UHGV virus genome: UHGV-0100625 | Reading direction: 5' to 3' (one strand) | Length of the DNA: 32,690 nt | Source: a virus | Shown: piece by piece, positions 18,855 to 26,472 of the stretch | Layout: each line of letters starts with the position of its first letter | Numbering within the stretch: the stretch's first letter is position 1 | Position numbers and translations under genes: made by a program | Notes under the pieces: model-generated | The model's input: the letters and a program-made list of their open reading frames with translations, nothing else | The model's database searches: none | What the model was told of the DNA's origin: nothing

Positions 18855-19169
18855 GTCGGCTCCCTGTAACGGGTCCCAGTATTCGTACCATTGGGGACGG
18901 TTGGGCTTCCGGCTTTGTTCCGTCAGGGCTCGTCGGGCGAGGTCCGTCTCCAGCTCCTTGATTCTGGTCTCCTGTTGGGCGACCAGCTTCGGGGCGTTGA
19001 GGATATTTTTTAATGCGTTGAACCTGATCTGGAAGCGAAAGAAAATGGTGGTTGCAGGGGAAAGAGTTGGACTTTCGACTCGGGGACAGGAACCCCGCGT
19101 GATACCGTTTCACCACCCTGCGATTGATTACATATCGTCATATACGGATATGTTGATATGTTGTCAACC

Positions 19170-20477
19170 CTAATATCTCCCGATGGCGCGTTTGGATGAC
19201 ACGGGGCGCGAGTACCAGGCTCCCAGCGTCCGGGTCAGTCCGCTGTGCCGGCGCGCGTGCCAGGCCATGACGAGGGCGTCGGCGCGGTCGGGAGAACGGA
19301 CGCCCCGTTTCGCCATGTCTTCCTTGCTTTCGATTTTGACGCGGCCGATCGCGTCGGTTTGAAGCCGGGGCGCTACCAGCTGCTCAATCGTGTCCTCGTC
19401 AATGTCGAGGATGAGTTCCTTTTCTTCGATGGCTCGGGCCAGGGCTCGCCACGCCTGGGCGCGGAGGTTGACAAAGGCCTGCGTATCGTCAGCCGGGAAG
19501 CCGCCCCGATAGGAATGCACCGGGAAGCCCTCGGCGCAGAAGTCGTCAATGATGGGGAGTCCAAGGCCGTCTCCGTCCGCGTAAATGCGGTCGGCGGGGA
19601 TGCCGAGTTCGGACGCCCGGCGGCGGAATCGGCCGCGCGCTCCTACGGTGTCCGGGTCCGACCAGTGGTCGGCGATGAAGAATCGGTTGCCCTGCCCGGC
19701 CGCGAAGACGTTTTCGTCGCCTCCGGCCGCGAAGTCGAAGCCTCCGCAGGTCTCCCCGGTGTCCCGGAAGGGAGGCGGGTTGTTGACCAGCTCCATGAGG
19801 GCGCGCCGAGGAATGACGGACTGACCGTCGAGGTCGGTGAATTCGCCGAGGATGGCGGAGCGGTAGAAGGAGGACTGTTCGCCGTATTCTTTTTTCAGGC
19901 GCTCGGCCTTGCCCGGGTCATTGATCTCAATGTGGGGGCAATCCTCGTATTTGACGCGGATCTTGTAGTAGAGGGATGAATTTTTGTGGAAGCAGTCGTA
20001 GAAGGTGCCGGAATCGGCTCCCGGCGACGAAGTGATGAACGCGTGGAAGAGCGTGCAGCGGGAAACGGCGGTGAAGATGGAGTCCGGGATGGTTTTGGCC
20101 TCGTCGAGGACGTAAAAGACGGGGTCCACGTCGGGCGAGATTTTCGGGTGCCATCCTTCCGCGCGGCCGGCGTTGTCGGTGGAGAAGCCCACGGCGAAGC
20201 CTCCCTCCGGCGTGCGGATTTCTGTTTTGTTGAAGGTCCAGCCATCAAAGAAGGGATTGTCCATGTAGCGGCGGAGCGCTGGAAAGAGCTGCTTTTCCAC
20301 CTGCATCCACGACGACGACGTGACCGGCACCTGACCCCGCGGGAAGCAGGTAAGGAAGTACAGGATGGCCGGAGCGATGCAGTTGCTCGTCTTGCCGGAT
20401 CCGTTGGGAGCGACCAGAGCCACGCTTTTCCCTCCCAGGGTCAGCTTGCCGAGGGACAACGCCTTGATGGCCTCCAC
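19170..20477 (-). CDS. terminase large subunit
   Basis: Walker A LVAPNGSGKT, Walker B-like VLDEAK, C-terminal nuclease signature ...SPDRADALVMAW. The track start is GTG. Confidence 0.75.
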   Translation of the reverse strand: MEAIKALSLGKLTLGGKSVALVAPNGSGKTSNCIAPAILYFLTCFPRGQVPVTSSSWMQVEKQLFPALRRYMDNPFFDGWTFNKTEIRTPEGGFAVGFSTDNAGRAEGWHPKISPDVDPVFYVLDEAKTIPDSIFTAVSRCTLFHAFITSSPGADSGTFYDCFHKNSSLYYKIRVKYEDCPHIEINDPGKAERLKKEYGEQSSFYRSAILGEFTDLDGQSVIPRRALMELVNNPPPFRDTGETCGGFDFAAGGDENVFAAGQGNRFFIADHWSDPDTVGARGRFRRRASELGIPADRIYADGDGLGLPIIDDFCAEGFPVHSYRGGFPADDTQAFVNLRAQAWRALARAIEEKELILDIDEDTIEQLVAPRLQTDAIGRVKIESKEDMAKRGVRSPDRADALVMAWHARRHSGLTRTLGAWYSRPVSSKRAIGRY

Positions 20478-20549
20478 CTGCCAGGGATAGGGATCCAGGC
20501 GGAGGACATGGCGGAGGAAGAAGCTGACGGGGAGGCGTGTCCTGGTCTG

Positions 20550-20957
20550 TTAAGCGTGGAGTTTGCCGGCGATGGTTTCCAGCGCGGTTTTCTCGTCTTC
20601 CTGCAGCTGGGCCAGCTGCTCGGGGTCCAGGGTGATTTTCCGTTCCAGCGGCGCGCCGGGAACGCCGGCGACATCCTGACGGACCCGGTCGCCGAATTTT
20701 TCCGGCGCGAATCGGGCGGCGACTTTCAACCGCGTTTCAATGGCCAGCTTTTTGGCGGCGACGGCAGCGGAGCCGCATTCCGGGTCGAGGGCGACTTTCG
20801 CGGCCTCGTCGGACAGCTCCTGACAGGCGTCAAGCATGGCTTCCGACTGAGCTTCCCGCGCGCGTTGAATGAGTTTGGAAAACTCCGGCTTGGTTTCCCG
20901 CCAGTGCCAGACGGTCCAGACGTCCGGCATGTGAGCGTCGGCGCAGATGGCTTTCAT
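20550..20957 (-). CDS. terminase small subunit-like protein
   Basis: 135-aa helical protein immediately upstream of TerL. Assignment is by position and size. Confidence 0.4.
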   Translation of the reverse strand: MKAICADAHMPDVWTVWHWRETKPEFSKLIQRAREAQSEAMLDACQELSDEAAKVALDPECGSAAVAAKKLAIETRLKVAARFAPEKFGDRVRQDVAGVPGAPLERKITLDPEQLAQLQEDEKTALETIAGKLHA

Positions 20958-21131
20958 GGTTTCGCCATTGGCTAGCCGGACGGCTATCTCCTGGGCTAAA
21001 TCCGCGGTGTAGAGGCTCGGCCTCCCCGGCTTTCTTTTGGTTGTGGGTGATGCTTTCTTTTTCCTGCGGTTGAAGTTTACTGGTTCAAGGAAACGGAATC
21101 AAGATTCAAGGTGGATACAGTCGCTTATCCT

Positions 21132-22268
21132 TCATCCCCCCAGTCCTAATTCTTTTCTCCATTCTCGCAGTTCTTTCGCCGCCGTGTCGGTATCCACAAC
21201 GGGCCCTTCCGGCTGCCGTGGTTCTTCGGGTTTCGGTTTCTTGCGGGATGCTGCCGGCTTCCAACGCGTCTCCTTAGCCCACCTGTCGGCATGCGTCAAA
21301 ACGTCGCCGAAGCACTCCCAGAACTTCCTGCGGCTGTCCGGACGCCAAAAAGCCTTATTGCTCCGGTCATGCGTCAAGCCGCTGGCGTAGTAAGCCTTGA
21401 GCATCTCCATATCCCGCGGCGTCACCCGCCCCTGAGCGGACCGGTAAGCCTCAAGCGCGGCCGCCGTCTCAATGGCGGTTGGTATCGTCCGGCCCCAGGA
21501 CGGATTGATGTCCAGGCACGCTGCCACGAACCGGGCAGCACCGGGAGAAGATCCCAGGTCTGCATGGTTGTCGGCGCAGCGCATACCCCGGACGTCGTTG
21601 AGCCGTTCACGGAATGGCCCTGTAGAAGCCTGTGATACCCCTTGCGGGCCGTTTCTTCCATCGTGCGCATCATGTTCCGTCTCGGAACCAAAACGGGCAG
21701 GAAGCGGCCTTTCTGTTCGTTTTTCGGAATACTGGTCTTCCATCTCTGGGGAGGCAGGCAGCGCAGGAGCAGTGGACGGCTCTTCCCCCGGTGTACTGTC
21801 CACCGTAGAAATTTCTCCCTCTCTATTCCCTTTCTTTTCTTTTCCTTTCTTTTCGCTTTCCAACGAAGCTTCATTTGCTATCCAACGTTGGTTTCCTACG
21901 TCGGAACCAACGTTGGTTTCCGGTATAGGTTCCGGCGTTGGTTTCCGGCCTCCCTTACGTCCGTTGGCACGCGCGATTTCCCTTTTACGCTCAATCTCCC
22001 GCTGGGCGTCAGCAGGGTAAAAAGAAATGACAAGGTCGTCTCCGTCCCAGCGGAAAAGACCGCAGGACTCGGCCACCTCGGAAGCCATGACCCCGCAAGA
22101 CTGCATCCAGCGGCGGTCTCCCCAAGACCGTGCCCCGGCAATCCGCCCCATATTCTCCTGGTCACAAGACCAGGCGATCAAAGAAAGCCACGTGGCCCGC
22201 TGGGTGGGATCAGCGCCTATGTACTCATTGGAGCGGATAACGTAGAGTGGTATATTGATGTATTCCAT
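21132..22268 (-). CDS. DUF1376 (YdaU-like) phage replication protein
   Basis: N-domain ends in IARANGRKGGRKP, matching E. coli YdaU ...ARANGKRGGRP. It is followed by a low-complexity linker and a C-domain. ATG at 22268 checked. Confidence 0.45.
   Translation of the reverse strand: MEYINIPLYVIRSNEYIGADPTQRATWLSLIAWSCDQENMGRIAGARSWGDRRWMQSCGVMASEVAESCGLFRWDGDDLVISFYPADAQREIERKREIARANGRKGGRKPTPEPIPETNVGSDVGNQRWIANEASLESEKKGKEKKGNREGEISTVDSTPGEEPSTAPALPASPEMEDQYSEKRTERPLPARFGSETEHDAHDGRNGPQGVSQASTGPFRERLNDVRGMRCADNHADLGSSPGAARFVAACLDINPSWGRTIPTAIETAAALEAYRSAQGRVTPRDMEMLKAYYASGLTHDRSNKAFWRPDSRRKFWECFGDVLTHADRWAKETRWKPAASRKKPKPEEPRQPEGPVVDTDTAAKELREWRKELGLGG
21882..21946. repeat. iteron-like repeats CAACGTTGGTTTCC x3 (perfect 10-bp palindrome CCAACGTTGG x2 plus a degenerate copy) at 25-26 bp spacing
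   Basis: Copies at 21882-21896, 21907-21921 and 21933-21946. A polypyrimidine tract lies at 21816-21862. All are embedded in the linker-coding part of the DUF1376 gene. Confidence 0.5.
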
Positions 22269-22272
22269 TATT

Positions 22273-22797
22273 CTATATCCCTTCCGTCTCTTTTGCTTCT
22301 ACTCCAAATGCAGGTGAAAGCTGTATTTTTCTGCCTTGGACAGTATTGATTTTTAGCGGCTTCTGGATGTAAAGACACGCGGTCAAAAGGCACCTTTCAG
22401 CGGCGTAATTTGCTTCGGGGAAGTGTCCACTGTACCGAACTATCCGAACCCGTCCGCCAGGGAGGACATGCAACAAGCCCCATCGTTCCGGCAGGTCATT
22501 TTCCATTATGATCCCTGGCTCGCAGATGTAATAGCGTGCCTGCCCCATCCCATTCTGTGGATAAACGCGGAACGGCTTTTTGAGGTCTGCCCGGAAGTCG
22601 TTCAGGCTGGTTTTGGCCTCCACAAGAACACTTTTTTCCCCGCTGAACCCTATGGCGTCGGGATGTTCGTCCGTAACGATGCAGTTCGGTTCAGCAATCG
22701 CCACCCGGCAACGTTGGGAGCCCAGGAGCCATCGTTCAGCGATTTCGCACAGTTCACGGTGCGTCCTCGGTATTAAAGATGTTGGTTTACGTGCCAT
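22273..22797 (-). CDS. PD-(D/E)XK nuclease-fold protein (Hjc/VRR-NUC-like)
   Basis: RELCEIAERWLL...PDAIGFSGEKSVLVEAKTS gives an E...D...ExK arrangement like archaeal Hjc/VRR-NUC. ATG at 22797 lies 2 nt after the Dam stop. The maximal ORF runs to 22842. Confidence 0.4.
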   Translation of the reverse strand: MARKPTSLIPRTHRELCEIAERWLLGSQRCRVAIAEPNCIVTDEHPDAIGFSGEKSVLVEAKTSLNDFRADLKKPFRVYPQNGMGQARYYICEPGIIMENDLPERWGLLHVLPGGRVRIVRYSGHFPEANYAAERCLLTACLYIQKPLKINTVQGRKIQLSPAFGVEAKETEGI

Positions 22798-22799
22798 AA

Positions 22800-23612
22800 T
22801 TAAAAAAGTGTCAGTTGGGGGTTGTAGTTCATCCACAGGCATTCAATCTTCTTGCCGCCCTGCGTATCGTGAGAAACCTTGCATTCCTTCCGCCAGCCGG
22901 AAAGATGCCTGGAATAAAGGTCGGAATCATAACCTGACAAGATAACCTTGCCTTTCAGCGTCTTGAGAAAGACAAGAAGCCGCTCATGGTCTTGCTGGTC
23001 GTACTCATGCGCGTACCTCACGCGGTTGCCCCGCGTTGACTGCACATAGGGAGGATCCACGTAGTGCAGCGTGTCCGGCGTATCGTACCGGGACATGACC
23101 TGCAGGGCGTCCATGTTGTTAATCTCGATATTCCGGCTTCGCAGCTCGGCGGCACATTCCCGAACGATTTCGGGATATTCCCTCCATGTTTGAGGATAGG
23201 GAGTTGTGCGGAGTAAGCCGTTACGCTTGAACCCCGGCTTGTGGATGCCTCCGCCGTAGGACATCATGGAGTTGACGGCAAATCGGAGAGCATCTTCAAC
23301 AGGATCTTCAGCGATTTCAAATGACCGGGCATAGGCCGTTTGAGCGTAGGGCGTCAATTCCAACAGGCTGGCCAGCCGTTCAGATTTTTCTGGATCACGT
23401 AACACTTCAAAAAAGTTCACAATCCGGTCATAAAGGTCGTTATAGACCTCCATCCAGGCGGGTTGCTTATTCAGGAGAACGGTGGCGGAACCTCCGAACG
23501 GTTCAACATAAATTTTGTGATGCGGGAAAAAGCTGATAATCCAGGGGGCAATGCGGTTTTTGCCTCCAAGATACCGGGCCAGAGCCCTTTTACGGGGTGC
23601 TCTCGTGTTCAC
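22800..23612 (-). CDS. dam: DNA N6-adenine methyltransferase (Dam/D12 class)
   Basis: Motif I EPFGGSATVL and motif IV DPPY (YVDPPYVQS). Confidence 0.8.
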   Translation of the reverse strand: MNTRAPRKRALARYLGGKNRIAPWIISFFPHHKIYVEPFGGSATVLLNKQPAWMEVYNDLYDRIVNFFEVLRDPEKSERLASLLELTPYAQTAYARSFEIAEDPVEDALRFAVNSMMSYGGGIHKPGFKRNGLLRTTPYPQTWREYPEIVRECAAELRSRNIEINNMDALQVMSRYDTPDTLHYVDPPYVQSTRGNRVRYAHEYDQQDHERLLVFLKTLKGKVILSGYDSDLYSRHLSGWRKECKVSHDTQGGKKIECLWMNYNPQLTLF

Positions 23613-24027
23613 TCGCCCTCCTTTCTAAAATTGCTGCCTGATCCGGGGTAAGATACTGCCAACTCTGCGGCGGACGGGTCAGGCCGATAACCGAGAGGGG
23701 CACGGCGGAGGGGAGTCTCACAGGATCCTGGACGCCCCAGGCATAGCAAGGGAGATAGGATCGCAGGTGCTCTTTCGTCACGCAGGCTTCTTTGGTCAAT
23801 AGTGCCAGGGCTTGCCCAGATGGCATATAATGCAGAGCCACATAAGAGACCATCCGGCACTTGCCGATGATGGCCCGCTCGCCGTCCTTGCCGGACTCAT
23901 AGGTCCAGATAGTGACGTGTTCCCCGCGGGGGATGCGAGGGACGTTCTTGCGTAGTTCCCATGTCTTTTGCCCGTCCATGATAAGACCGGAGAAAGGCCG
24001 CCTGACGGATAATAGGATGTTAATCAT
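23590..24027 (-). CDS. ASCH domain protein
   Basis: LSVRRPFSGLIMDGQKTWELRK...GERAIIGKCRMVSY...YAWGVQDPVRLP fits the ASCH/PUA-like pattern. A strong SD GAAAGGAG lies upstream of the ATG at 24027. Confidence 0.55.
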   Translation of the reverse strand: MINILLSVRRPFSGLIMDGQKTWELRKNVPRIPRGEHVTIWTYESGKDGERAIIGKCRMVSYVALHYMPSGQALALLTKEACVTKEHLRSYLPCYAWGVQDPVRLPSAVPLSVIGLTRPPQSWQYLTPDQAAILERRASEHESTP

Positions 24028-24127
24028 TGCTCACTCCTTTCTCGGTTCCCATTTATAATCCCACCCATTTAACTCAGAGCAGGCAGAGCAAGGTAACAAG
24101 AATCCGGATAAATCCCTGTGCTGGCAA

Positions 24128-24355
24128 TTACTGCAACTCCTTTTTTTTCATTGGCACCCACGCCCGGAGGGCGGCACGCTTCTGCCATGCGTCACGGATG
24201 GCATCTTCAACGCCGTACATTATCCGGGGTTCTCCGTGGTAATCGCTGCATTCTTTGAAGCCTTCCGTGAAACGCATGAGGCTTTTCCGCTCTTTCAGGA
24301 TGCCGCGGGCTTCTCCATAGGCTAGGATCGCTTTCTGTTCAGGCGTCAGTTTCAT
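24128..24355 (-). CDS. small hypothetical protein (low-GC moron)
   Basis: 75 aa from the ATG at 24355 (MKLTPEQKAILAYGEARG...). AAGGAAG SD. The maximal ORF runs to 24418. Confidence 0.35.
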   Translation of the reverse strand: MKLTPEQKAILAYGEARGILKERKSLMRFTEGFKECSDYHGEPRIMYGVEDAIRDAWQKRAALRAWVPMKKKELQ

Positions 24356-24491
24356 TTTCTTCCTTTCTTTGTAAAAGAACGACATTAACCGCTTGAAGAA
24401 GCCCTTTAACTTTACCAATCAAATAAAGGTAATACCCATACGCGGCGACGGTGGCTAAAAAAACTATAAGTTGCGCAATATCAAATATCAT
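24339..24491 (-). CDS. small single-pass membrane peptide (low-GC moron)
   Basis: 50 aa: MIFDIAQLIVFLATVAAYGYYLYLIGKVKGLLQAVNVVLLQRKEENETDA. AAAGGAGGAAGCA SD directly upstream of the ATG at 24491. Confidence 0.4.
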   Translation of the reverse strand: MIFDIAQLIVFLATVAAYGYYLYLIGKVKGLLQAVNVVLLQRKEENETDA

Positions 24492-24858
24492 TGCTTCCTC
24501 CTTTCTGCTCAAGCTCCCAGGGCCATTGTTCAACATCTTCCGGCGTGGCTATTTCTACGTCTCCATCACAATTTTGCAGATAGAGTTTTCCCCGGCTAGT
24601 ATCTTTGCCAATGAGAGTTAAAACATCGTCCTCAAAATCCAGTTTGAGATTGTCTCCCTGATGTGACCTCATGATGGGTGGGAACTTGGAAATGAATTCT
24701 TTGGCGTCTTTCCACGCTAAATTTTCATTTTTCCTTAACTCGAAAGTTTCCCATCCACATATCAAGCATCCATATTTATTTTTTAATGATCCAGTTTTGG
24801 TCATTCTAAATATTGAGGTTAATTCATTTCCGCACAGCGGGCATTTAAGCGTTTTCAT
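24481..24858 (-). CDS. zinc-ribbon protein (CxxC...CxxC) (low-GC moron)
   Basis: 126 aa from the ATG at 24858 (MKTLKCPLCGNEL...YGCLICGWETF). AAAGGAGGGACG SD. The maximal ORF 24481..25014 would overlap RusA by 170 nt. Confidence 0.45.
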   Translation of the reverse strand: MKTLKCPLCGNELTSIFRMTKTGSLKNKYGCLICGWETFELRKNENLAWKDAKEFISKFPPIMRSHQGDNLKLDFEDDVLTLIGKDTSRGKLYLQNCDGDVEIATPEDVEQWPWELEQKGGSNDI

Positions 24859-25243
24859 CGTCCCTCCTTTCAAACACGATTTCCACCTGTCCGGCGCGGG
24901 TAAGATCATGTACGCGGTCAATCCCCGCGCAGTCCAGCGTCCGGTCGTCAATGCCCAGGGCCTTGCAGGCTCCGTCCAGGTACGCCTTGCAGCGGGCAAG
25001 GCAGTTGTCCGCATCCGGTTTATTGCCCTTGTAAAACCAGATCACCCGGTAATGCGTGGGCTGCATCTTGTGGCCTCCCAGGGCTTCCAACGTCACGGCT
25101 CCGGCCATGGTCCGGGCGCGGCTCTTGGCAGCCGTCTTTTTGTACCCGGCTACAACGGCCCCCCTCTGTGTGAGGGGAGTCTTGGCGTTGGGCGAAAGTT
25201 CCCGCGGCGTGTGGGGCAAGGTAATGGTTAGCGTGGTCATCAT
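24845..25243 (-). CDS. rusA: RusA-family Holliday junction resolvase
   Basis: ITLPHTPRELSPN and PDADNCLARCKAYLDGACKALGIDDRTLD parallel E. coli RusA ITLPWPPSNN and [27 protein letters not shown]. Strong SD AAGGAGGTGA. ATG at 25243 checked. Confidence 0.7.
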   Translation of the reverse strand: MMTTLTITLPHTPRELSPNAKTPLTQRGAVVAGYKKTAAKSRARTMAGAVTLEALGGHKMQPTHYRVIWFYKGNKPDADNCLARCKAYLDGACKALGIDDRTLDCAGIDRVHDLTRAGQVEIVFERRDDENA

Positions 25244-26457
25244 GCCTCACCTCCTTCCACTTCCTTCACGGATCCCTTCGTGGTTTTCGATTCGCCATAC
25301 TCCGCCAGCAACTGCCGCAGCCATTCGCGGCTGGCCTTCGTGGTCGCCTTCGGATCCTCCGCTTTACGGGCCGCGTGAACCAGTCTGTCCAATTCCGTGA
25401 TGCCGACCTTGCAGCACCCGGCAAACGCTTCCGCCGTCACCTCGTCCGGGAACTCGGCATTCAGTGCGGAAAACGCCCCGGAAGGATCCGTCACCGTGAA
25501 ACTGGTTCGTCCGGGCGCCATCTCAAAACCGGGAATCAGGCCGGCGGCCACATCCTGTTCAAACCGGTAATCCACAGCAGCCGCCCATTTCTTTGCCGTC
25601 TTCGCCAGGTGGTAAGCCTGAACCTTCTCGGCAGGGGAAAACAGCTCCCACTTATCCCGGTCCGTAGCAATCAGGGAAGCCTGTTCCACCATGGACGCAG
25701 CTTCGTGGCACACCGCCCTGGCCCGGCAATACCGGCAGGCGGCCTCGCTGCAATAGCGCGGGGCGTCCGGGTCCATAGCTGCCCTGGCGACAGCAAGAGA
25801 ATCCTGTTCGGCCTGGCTAATCGCCTCGTCATCGTAAAACGTAACAGATGCCGGACCAGCCACCCGTGGCTGGATGATAGCCGCGTAAATGCCATTGTAA
25901 ATAATCCCCTCTTCATTGGCTTTTTGAGCCGCCAGCGGAACCAGGGCTTCAAGCTGACGGTTGGCCTCGGCGGAATCCACAGCCACGCGGCCAAACTTCC
26001 AATCCAGTACCAGAAGATCCGACCCAACTCTGAACAGTGCGTCCCACTGTCCGGAATACTCGCCCCCTTCAATCCAGTCGGACAAAAAACGGCGTTCTTC
26101 GGTGGATACAAGAGAAAAAAAAGCATCGGGATAATCCAGGATCTTCTCTTTCACACCATTCAGCAGACGCAGAGCACGTCCACAAAGCTCCACCTGCTCA
26201 TGATTCAGCTCGGCAGACTCATACTCCCGGCTATTCAGAAAATCATGCCAGGAAAACTCCATTCCTTCTTCGGCTGCATCATCCTTCAAAAGAAGATACT
26301 CCATATAGCGGTGCAACAGCGTGCCTTCTGCGGCAGCCTCGGAACTCTCGTCGGGACAGGACTTCTCCATCGTAAACGAGCCTGGGCATAAAGCCAGACG
26401 TCCAAACGCAGACGCGGAGGGCAGCCCTTTACGTACATCTTCAACAGTATCGGTCAT
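25240..26457 (-). CDS. PD-(D/E)XK recombination exonuclease with 4-Cys cluster (Cas4/RecB-family-like)
   Basis: N-terminal CPGS plus C-terminal CSEAACRYCRARAVC cysteines, and an LLVLDWKFG core. AAGGAG SD. Paired with RecT. Confidence 0.6.
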   Translation of the reverse strand: MTDTVEDVRKGLPSASAFGRLALCPGSFTMEKSCPDESSEAAAEGTLLHRYMEYLLLKDDAAEEGMEFSWHDFLNSREYESAELNHEQVELCGRALRLLNGVKEKILDYPDAFFSLVSTEERRFLSDWIEGGEYSGQWDALFRVGSDLLVLDWKFGRVAVDSAEANRQLEALVPLAAQKANEEGIIYNGIYAAIIQPRVAGPASVTFYDDEAISQAEQDSLAVARAAMDPDAPRYCSEAACRYCRARAVCHEAASMVEQASLIATDRDKWELFSPAEKVQAYHLAKTAKKWAAAVDYRFEQDVAAGLIPGFEMAPGRTSFTVTDPSGAFSALNAEFPDEVTAEAFAGCCKVGITELDRLVHAARKAEDPKATTKASREWLRQLLAEYGESKTTKGSVKEVEGGEA

Positions 26458-26472
26458 GTTGTCGTCTCCTTC

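Noticed and set aside
18826-19116. Stand-alone 96-aa gene between TerL and portal
   Set aside because: The product is P/G-rich low-complexity after the first ~35 residues. It ends inside the portal start region. The portal reading frame is open and protein-like through the same interval. Treated instead as a possible frameshift partner.
22273-23612. Type II restriction-modification pair (Dam-like GATC MTase plus cognate endonuclease)
   Set aside because: The adjacent PD-(D/E)XK protein is only 174 aa and matches Hjc/VRR-NUC-like small nucleases rather than DpnII/MboI/Sau3AI-type enzymes. Orphan Dam methylases are common in phages. Kept only as a lower-confidence finding.
24481-25014. Full-length 177-aa version of the zinc-ribbon ORF overlapping RusA by 170 nt
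   Set aside because: The N-terminal 52 codons are antisense-like (R/T/W/A-rich) and GC-rich. They lie upstream of a perfect SD before the internal ATG at 24858, which marks the compositional boundary. The short form was chosen.
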